30,347 bases of DNA from a virus (Duplodnaviria; Heunggongvirae; Uroviricota; Caudoviricetes). Shown here in pieces: positions 1 through 7,892 of the stretch; within the stretch, counting starts at the first letter, position 1, and each line of letters opens with the position of its first letter. The translations under genes were made by a program, and so were the position numbers. Below the pieces are notes generated by a model. The model did no database searches. It saw nothing but the letters and a program-made list of their open reading frames with translations, and was not told the DNA's origin. Where the stretch lies: IMG/VR virus record IMGVR_UViG_3300029619_000251. One strand, written 5' to 3'.

Positions 1-1011
1 TTATAACGTCACTCCGCCTTTTAGTGGATTCAGAGCGACGGCATTTTGCAGATAGTCAGGCGCAAGGTGCGCATAGGCCATCGTCTGCTGAATGCTCGCA
101 TGTCCCAGAATCTGTTGCAGTGCGATTATATTGCCCCCATTCATCATGAAATGGCTTGCGAATGTATGCCGCAGGATATGGGTTGCCTGATTGGGTGGTA
201 TATCAGGTTTCACTCTGCGTAAAATCCCGCAAAATTTCTCATAATCAACTTTGAATAATTTGGCGCTGGCCTCCTCTTTAACTTTTTTCTCCAGTTCCTC
301 AGAAATCGGCACGGTTCGCTTTTTACCGTTTTTGGTTTTCAGGAAGGTAACCCTGCAATTTGTAATCTGTGCTGGTTTTAGCGTGGCAACTTCCGTCCAT
401 CTTCCTCCAGTGCTCAGACATAAAAGCGCGACAAGTAAGTCATCACCAGCCAAAACATTTAACAGTTTTTCGATTTCTGCTTTTTCCAGGAACGTCATTT
501 CAGGGTTGGCCTCCGCCAGTGGCGGCAGTCCGTGAATTGGGTGTTGCCCGGAAAATTCATCCAATTGAATTAATTTTGTGAACATGCCGGATAATCGGTA
601 CATGTCACGGTTTATCGTTGCGGCACTGATACCATCACGTAGTCGCATGGAACGATAATCCATCAAAGCCCTTTTGCTCATCCTGTTCACTGGTATATCA
701 CCTATGCCGCTGATGGTTTTGAGTAGATGATTAAACTCTTTTGTTCCATGCTCGTGGTTTTGCCCGTGATATTTCCACCAGATGTCCAGCAACTCACTCA
801 AAGTCCGGCGGTCTGCTCGCTGGCCTCCCCATTCTTTCTGACTGGCATTGGCGATTGTGTATCGCTCAAATGCTAGTGCTTCAGCTTTTCTTTCGAATTT
901 CCTGCGGATGCGTTTTCCGTCGCGACCGCGAGGTCTAATGTCCACTTCATAGCGACCATCATCGAGCTTCTTAATTGCCATAAGAAAGCCCTCCGGCGCT
1001 GTATTCACCAT
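1..1011 (-). CDS. int: tyrosine site-specific integrase (P2 Int family)
   Basis: 336-codon ORF whose stop codon is at window positions 1-3. C-terminal catalytic-domain motifs (HILRHTFASH, MAYAHLAPDY). Lies directly downstream of the repressor gene, as in the P2 C-int operon. An internal ATG at 981 (MAIKKL...) has a GGAGG at better spacing and may be the true start. Confidence 0.9.
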   Translation of the reverse strand: MVNTAPEGFLMAIKKLDDGRYEVDIRPRGRDGKRIRRKFERKAEALAFERYTIANASQKEWGGQRADRRTLSELLDIWWKYHGQNHEHGTKEFNHLLKTISGIGDIPVNRMSKRALMDYRSMRLRDGISAATINRDMYRLSGMFTKLIQLDEFSGQHPIHGLPPLAEANPEMTFLEKAEIEKLLNVLAGDDLLVALLCLSTGGRWTEVATLKPAQITNCRVTFLKTKNGKKRTVPISEELEKKVKEEASAKLFKVDYEKFCGILRRVKPDIPPNQATHILRHTFASHFMMNGGNIIALQQILGHASIQQTMAYAHLAPDYLQNAVALNPLKGGVTL

Positions 1012-1050
1012 CTTGGTAGCAAATGGTGAAAATGTAATCTTTATATAGAG

Positions 1051-1344
1051 TTATCCAATCCTTTTCTCGGAGTGGTTGGACTCTGTTGACTCTGGCCCAA
1101 TGTGCGCGAGAGCCGGTGCGATTTGTCCTGCGTCCGGCGCGGTTTTATCTGTCATAAGCCATAGAGCATATTTTTGGAATGTGGGATGCATAGTGATTTT
1201 TAGCAAAGCTGTGCCACCGGGTTCAAAGTTTCCTCCTTCATATTTTTTAAGTGTGCTTAGCGGTAACTCTATGATTTCACAGAATTTTGATTGGCTTAGC
1301 CCTTCAGCCTCACGCAAGGCCTTAATCTTTTCGCTTAATTTCAT
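1051..1344 (-). CDS. C: immunity repressor (P2 C-like)
   Basis: 97-aa ORF upstream of int on the same strand. The C-terminal part (FQKYALWLMTDKTAPDAGQIAPALAHIGPE) resembles the P2 C repressor as recalled; the N-terminus differs. Confidence 0.75.
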   Translation of the reverse strand: MKLSEKIKALREAEGLSQSKFCEIIELPLSTLKKYEGGNFEPGGTALLKITMHPTFQKYALWLMTDKTAPDAGQIAPALAHIGPESTESNHSEKRIG

Positions 1345-1465
1345 TTGACATGGTGCCTATATAGGGACTAAATTCCCTCAAAACTGGAACCTATATAGGT
1401 TCCATTGATTTGAGAATAAACCAGCGTCTAAACGGTTTTGAGTGGTTTAGAAAGGGCTGGATCCT
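1345..1465. promoter_or_regulatory. divergent early promoter/operator region between C and cox
   Basis: Two copies of the palindrome CCTATATAGG (1356-1365 and 1390-1399, the second extended to GGAACCTATATAGGTTCC at 1387-1404). The first lies between a TTGACA (1345-1350) and a TAAATT (1369-1374) with 18-bp spacing, as expected for an operator overlapping the early promoter. Confidence 0.5.
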
Positions 1466-1753
1466 ATGAGGGTACCATATATGGACGCTGAAAATTATGT
1501 GATTCAGTATCCGCTTGATGCGGTTCATGTGGATAAATTTGCTGATTTATTAGGGAAGCCAAAGACAGCCGTCAGTGAAATGGTGAAGGCAAATAAATTA
1601 CCAATTATTGAATTGCGTGATCCTTGCAAACCGAAGGCTCGTGCCGGTGAAAAATGGGTTTTCATTCCTGAGTTTAATCGCGCTGTACGTGAGGCGTTTT
1701 ATAACCGACCGGTTGAACAGCGTGATGCATGGCTTTTGTGGATGGGGTTGTGA
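1466..1753 (+). CDS. cox: Cox-like excisionase / early-operon regulator
   Basis: First gene of the rightward early operon facing C. Small basic protein ending ...RDAWLLWMGL, similar in size and C-terminal pattern to P2 Cox as recalled. Confidence 0.6.
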   Translation: MRVPYMDAENYVIQYPLDAVHVDKFADLLGKPKTAVSEMVKANKLPIIELRDPCKPKARAGEKWVFIPEFNRAVREAFYNRPVEQRDAWLLWMGL

Positions 1754-1926
1754 TTATGAATGAGCCGCGTTGTATTGCTCAGTTACTGCGTAACGAAAGC
1801 CCTAGGGCGATTGACTTCACCATCACCCACGGTAAGGGGCGTAAGGGAATCATTATCCGCACCAAAAAACAGAGTCCGTTAAAAAAGGCTCTGACCTTTC
1901 TGAAAAGCCGGAGGGTCTGGAAATGA
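1729..1926 (+). CDS. hypothetical early protein (P2 orf78 position)
   Basis: 65-aa ORF between cox and B; alternative ATG at 1756. No recognisable domain. Confidence 0.35.
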   Translation: MAFVDGVVIMNEPRCIAQLLRNESPRAIDFTITHGKGRKGIIIRTKKQSPLKKALTFLKSRRVWK

Positions 1927-2423
1927 CAGTGATGACGCTCAATCTCGTCGAAAAACAGCCAGCAGCTATGCGCCGGATAATTGGCAAGCATCTTGCCGTC
2001 CCTCGCTGGCAGGATACATGTGATTATTATAATCAGATGATGGAGCGCGAACGGCTAACGGTTTGCTTTCATGCACAGTTAAAACAGCGTCACGCAACGA
2101 TGCGTTTTGAAGAAATGAACGACGTCGAACGTGAACGACTGGTATGTGCAATTGATGAATTGCGCGGGGCATTCTCAAAACGCCGTCAGGTTGGCGCAAG
2201 TGAGTATGCATATATTAGCTTTTTAACTGTCAGTCAGCGCCGTACTTTATTTATGCATGCCGGATTGACTGAAAAAGAATTCAACCAGCCATACTGGCGA
2301 ATTAATGAAGAGTCATGTTACTGGCGTGATGCTTTATTCCGTGCATTACGTGAATTATTCAGCCTGTTTGAGTATGCACCGACAATTCTGACGTCGGTAA
2401 AACCAGAGCAATATCTGCATTAA
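1923..2423 (+). CDS. B: replication protein B (helicase-loader-like)
   Basis: 166-aa ORF with GGAGGG upstream, in the position and of the length I recall for P2 gpB. Confidence 0.7.
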   Translation: MTVMTLNLVEKQPAAMRRIIGKHLAVPRWQDTCDYYNQMMERERLTVCFHAQLKQRHATMRFEEMNDVERERLVCAIDELRGAFSKRRQVGASEYAYISFLTVSQRRTLFMHAGLTEKEFNQPYWRINEESCYWRDALFRALRELFSLFEYAPTILTSVKPEQYLH

Positions 2424-2486
2424 GTAATTAACCAGAGTTTTTAACGCACTTAATTGTGCGGGGCTTCTTTTTGCCTGGAGAAAGTC

Positions 2487-2711
2487 ATGCATACAGTTTC
2501 TGAAAATCAGTGCGGTAAATACGCATTACTGCTGCAACAGGCCAGAACCGAAGCACAGGCCGACGCAGCGACGCGCTTTTCTTCTCATCTTGACGCCATG
2601 ATTCGCCACATCACAAAGGCGGAGTTATCCCGCGTGGAGATAGTCGAGCTGCTCAGTCAGGAGTCGGAAAAATTTCACAATATCGGATTGTCTCGCGGGG
2701 AGGTGCTTTGA
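2487..2711 (+). CDS. hypothetical early protein
   Basis: 74 aa from the ATG at 2487, with GGAGAAAG 5 nt upstream. Its stop overlaps the next start (TGATG). Confidence 0.5.
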   Translation: MHTVSENQCGKYALLLQQARTEAQADAATRFSSHLDAMIRHITKAELSRVEIVELLSQESEKFHNIGLSRGEVL

Positions 2712-3013
2712 TGTCCTGTTCTCGTTCAGTTGTATTACTGAATAACGCCCTAAAAATCGCCGTTATGAAAAATGGCGATTTGTCTCTTATTCAACTTGGT
2801 CTTGATAAAGAAAAACGCGAAATAACTGAGTCTGTTATCGCGATTTATCAGAATGAATTAAATCTCCTGTCTGATGTGGTCAATTTACTTGTTAAACGCG
2901 CTGTATTTCACAAGCAAATCTCCTCCGTGGATGAACTGACGAAATTAACGACAGAAATTGCCAGCTATTGCGCTGATGAATTTAAAAAACTTAACGACAA
3001 AAGGAGCTGGTAA
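2711..3013 (+). CDS. hypothetical early protein, AT-rich
   Basis: 100-aa ORF with GGGAGGTG upstream. Composition is visibly more AT-rich than the flanking genes. No recognisable motif. Confidence 0.5.
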   Translation: MSCSRSVVLLNNALKIAVMKNGDLSLIQLGLDKEKREITESVIAIYQNELNLLSDVVNLLVKRAVFHKQISSVDELTKLTTEIASYCADEFKKLNDKRSW

Positions 3014-3237
3014 TGCCGGACAACGTAGATTTTATTCAGGAACAACAGGCTGAATTACTGGAGCGTCAGATTAACGCGGCAAGGGTAAAACATTACGGTG
3101 CTTCTGCGCTGGTTTGCGAAGAGTGTGACGCGCCAATACCTGCTGCCCGTCGTGCGGCTTATCCGTCAGCCACGCGTTGTGTTTCCTGCCAGTCAGTCTT
3201 TGAAGCAAAAAACAAACATTACCGGAGAACGGCATGA
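3013..3237 (+). CDS. TraR/DksA-family C4 zinc-finger protein (P2 orf82-like)
   Basis: 74 aa with CEECDAPIP...CVSCQ (CxxC-N17-CxxC) and AAGGAG upstream. Confidence 0.65.
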   Translation: MPDNVDFIQEQQAELLERQINAARVKHYGASALVCEECDAPIPAARRAAYPSATRCVSCQSVFEAKNKHYRRTA

Positions 3238-3509
3238 GTATTCGTATTGAAATTGGCGAACGTTATGTCGTTACCAGTGACAGCTTTCAGTTTATTCTCC
3301 ACGAGAAAAAGAGAGCGGAAAGCGGTAAAAACGCCGGTCAGGAATGGCTGGCGGTGGTTGGTTATTACCCGAAATTAAGCCAGCTCGTTTCAGGCCTGAT
3401 GCATCACGATATTCTGACCGGAAGCGCAAAGTCTTTTGCTGATTTAAACGTGCAGGTTGAGCAACTCAGCAGGCGTTGTTCAGAGGCTTTTGGCTCATAT
3501 GGCCGTTAA
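3234..3509 (+). CDS. hypothetical early protein (P2 orf83 position)
   Basis: 91-aa ORF with GGAGAA upstream; overlaps the start of A. Confidence 0.5.
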   Translation: MSIRIEIGERYVVTSDSFQFILHEKKRAESGKNAGQEWLAVVGYYPKLSQLVSGLMHHDILTGSAKSFADLNVQVEQLSRRCSEAFGSYGR

Positions 3510-5775
3510 AGCCTCCGGGCGTTTTGTCCCTCCGTCAGCATTTGCCGCAGGCACCGGTAAGATGTTTACCGGTGCTTATGCATGGAACGCGCCACGCGAG
3601 GCCGTCGGGCGCGAAAGACCCCTTACACGTGACGAGATGCGTCAGATGCAAGGTGTTTTATCCACGATTAACCGCCTGCCTTACTTTTTGCGCTCGCTGT
3701 TTACTTCACGCTATGACTACATCCGGCGCAATAAAAGCCCGGTGCACGGGTTTTATTTCCTCACATCCACTTTTCAGCGTCGTTTATGGCCGCGCATTGA
3801 GCGTGTGAATCAGCGCCATGAAATGAACACCGACGCGTCGTTGCTGTTTCTGGCAGAGCGTGACCACTATGCGCGCCTGCCGGGAATGAATGACAAGGAG
3901 CTGAAAAAGTTTGCCGCCCGTATCTCATCGCAGCTTTTCATGATGTATGAGGAACTCAGCGATGCCTGGGTGGATGCACATGGCGAAAAAGAATCGCTGT
4001 TTACGGATGAGGCGCAGGCTCACCTCTATGGTCATGTTGCTGGCGCTGCACGTGCTTTCAATATTTCCCCGCTTTACTGGAAAAAATACCGTAAAGGACA
4101 GATGACCACGAGGCAGGCATATTCTGCCATTGCCCGTCTGTTTAACGATGAGTGGTGGACTCATCAGCTCAAAGGCCAGCGTATGCGCTGGCATGAGGCG
4201 TTACTGATTGCTGTCGGGGAGGTGAATAAAGACCGTTCTCCTTATGCCAGTAAACATGCCATTCGTGATGTGCGTGCACGCCGCCAGGCAAATCTGGAAT
4301 TTCTTAAATCGTGTGACCTTGAAAACAGGGAAACCGGCGAGCGTATCGACCTTATCAGTAAGGTGATGGGCAGTATTTCTAATCCTGAAATTCGCCGGAT
4401 GGAGCTGATGAACACCATTGCCGGTATTGAGCGTTACGCCGCTGCAGAGGGTGATGTGGGGATGTTTATCACGCTGACCGCGCCTTCAAAGTATCACCCG
4501 ACACGTCAGGTCGGAAAAGGCGAAAGTAAAACCGTCCAGCTAAATCACGGCTGGAACGATGAGGCATTTAATCCAAAGGATGCGCAGCGTTATCTCTGCC
4601 ATATCTGGAGCCTGATGCGCACGGCATTCAAAGATAATGATTTACAGGTCTACGGTTTGCGTGTCGTCGAGCCACACCACGACGGAACGCCGCACTGGCA
4701 TATGATGCTTTTTTGTAATCCACGCCAGCGTAACCAGATTATCGAAATCATGCGTCGCTATGCGCTCAAAGAGGATGGCGACGAAAGAGGAGCCGCGCGA
4801 AACCGTTTTCAGGCAAAACACCTTAACCAGGGCGGTGCTGCGGGGTATATCGCGAAATACATCTCAAAAAACATCGATGGCTATGCACTGGATGGTCAGC
4901 TCGATAACGATACCGGCAGACCGCTGAAAGACACTGCTGCGGCTGTTACCGCATGGGCGTCAACGTGGCGCATCCCACAATTTAAAACGGTTGGTCTGCC
5001 GACAATGGGGGCTTACCGTGAACTACGCAAATTGCCTCGCGGCGTCAGCATTGCTGATGAGTTTGACGAACGCGTCGAGGCTGCACGCGCCGCCGCAGAC
5101 AGTGGTGATTTTGCGTTGTATATCAGCGCGCAGGGTGGGGCAAATGTTCCGCGCGATTGTCAGACTGTCAGGGTTGCCCGTAGTCCGTCGGATGAAGTTA
5201 ACGAGTACGAGGAAGAAGTCGAGAGAGTGGTCGGCATTTACGCGCCGCATCTCGGCGCGCGTCATATTCATATCACCAGAACGACGGACTGGCGCATTGT
5301 TCCGAAAGTTCCGGTCGTTGAGCCTTTGACTTTAAAAAGCGGCATCGCCGCGCCTCGGAGTCCTGTCAATAACTGTGGAAAGCTCACCGGTAGTGATGCT
5401 TCGTTACCGGCTCCCACACCTTCTGAGCACGCCGCCGCAGTGCTTAATCTGGTTGATGACGGTGTTATCGAATGGAATGACCAGGAGGTCGTGAGGGCGC
5501 TCAGGGGCGCATTAAAACACGACCTGAGAACACCAAACCGTCAGCAAAGAAGCGGAAGCCCGTTAAAACCGCATGAAATAGCGCCATCGGCCAGACTGAC
5601 CCGGTCGGAACGAACGCAAATTACCCGTATCCGCGTTGACCTTGCTCAGAACGGTATCAGGCCGCAGCGATGGGAGATTGAGGCGCTGGCGCGTGGGGCA
5701 ACCGTACATTATGACGGGAAAAAATTCAGATATCCGGTCGCTGATGAGTGGCCGGGGTTCTCGTTACCCATTTGA
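3499..5775 (+). CDS. A: replication initiation endonuclease A (rolling-circle Rep, HUH family)
   Basis: About 758 aa from the ATG at 3499 (MAVKASGRF...); the track ORF starts at a TTG at 3457. HUH motif (TPHWHMMLF) and tyrosine motif (GYIAKYISK). Last gene of the early operon, as in P2. Confidence 0.9.
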   Translation: MAVKASGRFVPPSAFAAGTGKMFTGAYAWNAPREAVGRERPLTRDEMRQMQGVLSTINRLPYFLRSLFTSRYDYIRRNKSPVHGFYFLTSTFQRRLWPRIERVNQRHEMNTDASLLFLAERDHYARLPGMNDKELKKFAARISSQLFMMYEELSDAWVDAHGEKESLFTDEAQAHLYGHVAGAARAFNISPLYWKKYRKGQMTTRQAYSAIARLFNDEWWTHQLKGQRMRWHEALLIAVGEVNKDRSPYASKHAIRDVRARRQANLEFLKSCDLENRETGERIDLISKVMGSISNPEIRRMELMNTIAGIERYAAAEGDVGMFITLTAPSKYHPTRQVGKGESKTVQLNHGWNDEAFNPKDAQRYLCHIWSLMRTAFKDNDLQVYGLRVVEPHHDGTPHWHMMLFCNPRQRNQIIEIMRRYALKEDGDERGAARNRFQAKHLNQGGAAGYIAKYISKNIDGYALDGQLDNDTGRPLKDTAAAVTAWASTWRIPQFKTVGLPTMGAYRELRKLPRGVSIADEFDERVEAARAAADSGDFALYISAQGGANVPRDCQTVRVARSPSDEVNEYEEEVERVVGIYAPHLGARHIHITRTTDWRIVPKVPVVEPLTLKSGIAAPRSPVNNCGKLTGSDASLPAPTPSEHAAAVLNLVDDGVIEWNDQEVVRALRGALKHDLRTPNRQQRSGSPLKPHEIAPSARLTRSERTQITRIRVDLAQNGIRPQRWEIEALARGATVHYDGKKFRYPVADEWPGFSLPI

Positions 5776-5990
5776 GTAAAAACACAACGTAATTTGATAT
5801 GGCATTGAATGGCTTATGCGGAGCAGTTATGGGGCAGCAGAAGGTCAATAGCATGCTGAATTAGAAGGCTAAATGCTATTGAGTGACTAGCATGTCGGTA
5901 AGGACAGCCGTTTGATCCGGGTCATAAAAGGCCATCCATTTAGTCTAATAAAATCATTGCGGGTAACCTTATGTCGACGCATAATTCGTC

Positions 5991-6005
5991 TTGAGCGAAG
6001 TCTTG
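5991..6005. repeat. 15-bp direct repeat TTGAGCGAAGTCTTG, copy 1
   Basis: Exact 15-mer repeated at 6255-6269; the two copies bracket the terminator and the small ORF. Confidence 0.6.
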
Positions 6006-6035
6006 TCAGTCTTTCATCGTATTGATGATGGGCGC

Positions 6036-6066
6036 AAAAAAACCACCCTGGCAGGTGGTTTTTTTG
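6036..6066. terminator. bidirectional Rho-independent terminator
   Basis: AAAAAAACCACC-CTGGCA-GGTGGTTTTTTT: a hairpin with an A-tract on one side and a T-tract on the other. Downstream of A on the + strand and of the small ORF on the - strand. Confidence 0.6.
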
Positions 6067-6077
6067 TTTGAAGCATA

Positions 6078-6191
6078 TTAAAGCATAATGCTGACATTGA
6101 TATTACTGACGTTTACTGACAAACCACTCGGACTACCGTTTGGATAGCCAAAGAGGGCCAGAACGAGAATGCAGTAATAGCATTTCTTCAT
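6078..6191 (-). CDS. 37-aa hydrophobic small protein (hypothetical; candidate small membrane peptide)
   Basis: MKKCYYCILVLALFGYPNGSPSGLSVNVSNINVSIML, with AGGAGG 4 nt upstream of the ATG and the bidirectional terminator immediately after the stop. The 88-aa extension listed in the ORF track has no RBS. Confidence 0.3.
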   Translation of the reverse strand: MKKCYYCILVLALFGYPNGSPSGLSVNVSNINVSIML

Positions 6192-6254
6192 ATTGCCTCC
6201 TGTAAGTAGAGGGCAACTTCCACCGGTATATGCGCTTCTTAGGTGGAATGACTT

Positions 6255-6269
6255 TTGAGCGAAGTCTTG
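6255..6269. repeat. 15-bp direct repeat TTGAGCGAAGTCTTG, copy 2
   Basis: Exact copy of 5991-6005. Confidence 0.6.
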
Positions 6270-6669
6270 CCCTGAAATAATGCTCTGTTTAAACGCAAAG
6301 TGATTTGGCATATCACCGAACAGAGAACCGGAAAAACACAACATATAGTATGTCGTTGTTTCTAGACATACATTCTATGTTGTGTAACAAGGGCTTTGCA
6401 TTAAACATGTTTGAGATTTTATTGATGTAGCTCAAAGTAAAAAACAGAGACTACGGATGATAAGGTCTTGAAAGCAATGTAAATTTTTTAAAGTTGCCAA
6501 TTGCTTAAAAATGTACAGTTGCGGTATGGCGTACTTAAAAAGCTATGCATGCAACAAGTGAATGTTTTTGCATGCGTTGGGGATGTCCGTTCAGGCTGCG
6601 TGCGGTCAGGACTGGTGCGGATCCATAGTATCTATGCAACTGCATTAAAACCGCCCCGTGAAGCGGGCG

Positions 6670-6688
6670 GGCGAGGCGGGGAAAGCAC
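6670..6688. other. cos site: 19-nt cohesive-end sequence GGCGAGGCGGGGAAAGCAC (P2/186 type)
   Basis: Exact match to the P2 cohesive-end sequence as I recall it, at the expected place between gene A cargo and the Q terminator. Confidence 0.6.
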
Positions 6689-6830
6689 TGCGCGCTGGCG
6701 GTGGTGCTGATTTTATTTTTTCAGCGTCTGAGCGCGTCGTGATGGCGTTTAGATTGTTCGCCGGGGCGTTGGTGTGTCTGTGGGATGTTTTGTGCGGTGG
6801 TGAGCGTGTGAGGGCGTGATGGCGGGTTGT

Positions 6831-6852
6831 AAAAAAGCCGCCCGCAGGCGGC
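6831..6852 (-). terminator. terminator of the Q-P operon
   Basis: GCCGCC-CGCA-GGCGGC hairpin followed, on the minus strand, by a U-tract (the A6 at 6831-6836), just downstream of the Q stop. Confidence 0.5.
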
Positions 6853-6857
6853 GATGT

Positions 6858-7892
6858 TCAGCCGTTGTCAGTGTCCAGTGAGTAGTTTTTAAAGCGGATG
6901 ACCTCCTGGCCGAGCCAGCCGTTTATTTCCCGAATCCTGTCCTGTAGCGGTATAAGCTCATTGCGGACAAAGACCTTTGCCACTTTCTCAATATCGCCCA
7001 GTGATCCGACGTTCTCCGGCTTGCCCCCCATCAACTGAAAGGGGATGCGGTGCGCGTCCAGCAGGTCAGCGGCGCTGGCTTTTTTGATATTAAAAAAATC
7101 GTCCTTCGTTGCCACTTCACTGAGCGGGATAATTTTAATGCCGTCGGCTTTCCCCTGTGGGGCATAGAGAAACAGATTTTTAAAGTTATTGCGGCCTTTC
7201 GACTTCACCATGTTTTCGCGAAGCATTTCGATATCGTTGCGGTCCTGCACGGCATCGGTGACGTACATGATGTATCCGGCATGAGCGCCATTTTCGTAAT
7301 ACTTTCGGCGGAACAACGTGGCCGACTCATTCAGCCAGGCAGAGTTAAGGGCGCTGAGATATTCCGGCAGACCGTACAGCTCCTGATTAATATCCGGCTC
7401 CAGCAGGTGAAATACGGAGCCGGGCGTGAAAGGTGTCGGCTCGTTGAAGGACGGCACCCACCAGTAAACATCCTCCTCCACCCCACGGCGGGTATATTTT
7501 GCCGGTGAGGTTTCCAGTCTGATGACCTTACCGGTGGTGCTGTAACGCTTTTCCAGAAATGCATTACCGAATACCAGAAAATCCAGCACAAAGCGGCTGA
7601 AATCCTGCTGGGAAAGCCACGGGTGCGGGATAAATGTCGAGGCCAGAATATTGCGTTTGACGTAAATCGGTGAGCTGTGATGCACGGCAGCACGCAGGCT
7701 TTTTGCCAGACCGGTAAAGCTGACTGGTGGCTCATACCATCTGCCGTTACTGATGCACTCGACGTAATCCAGAATGTCACGGCGGTCGAGTACCGGCACC
7801 GGCTCACCAAAGGTGAATGCCTCCATTTTCGGGGCGCTGGCGGTCATTTTTTTTGCCGCAGGTTGCGGTGTTTTCCCTTTTTTCTTGCTCAT
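6858..7892 (-). CDS. Q: portal protein (capsid portal vertex)
   Basis: 344-aa ORF; its ATG overlaps the P stop (ATGA). Position and length match P2 gpQ as recalled. Confidence 0.9.
   Translation of the reverse strand: MSKKKGKTPQPAAKKMTASAPKMEAFTFGEPVPVLDRRDILDYVECISNGRWYEPPVSFTGLAKSLRAAVHHSSPIYVKRNILASTFIPHPWLSQQDFSRFVLDFLVFGNAFLEKRYSTTGKVIRLETSPAKYTRRGVEEDVYWWVPSFNEPTPFTPGSVFHLLEPDINQELYGLPEYLSALNSAWLNESATLFRRKYYENGAHAGYIMYVTDAVQDRNDIEMLRENMVKSKGRNNFKNLFLYAPQGKADGIKIIPLSEVATKDDFFNIKKASAADLLDAHRIPFQLMGGKPENVGSLGDIEKVAKVFVRNELIPLQDRIREINGWLGQEVIRFKNYSLDTDNG

Noticed and set aside
3457-3498. N-terminal extensions reported by the ORF track for A (3457), P (9694), O (9772) and L (12611)
   Set aside because: Those track starts are TTG/GTG or lack an RBS. 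The downstream ATGs (3499, 9664, 9838, 12671) have good RBS spacing and give lengths matching P2 proteins as recalled.
3476-3808. 110-aa ORF overlapping the start of gene A in another frame
   Set aside because: Embedded in A with no independent start signals; no support.
6078-6344. 88-aa version of the small minus-strand ORF in the A-cos island
   Set aside because: The upstream ATG at 6344 has no Shine-Dalgarno and the extension runs through one of the 15-bp repeats. The internal start with AGGAGG (37 aa) is better supported, and even that is uncertain.
5776-6669. Expected P2 cargo genes old and tin in the A-cos slot; a retron or other multi-gene defence system
   Set aside because: The region is only about 0.9 kb with no long ORF and no reverse-transcriptase-sized frame, so none of these is present.
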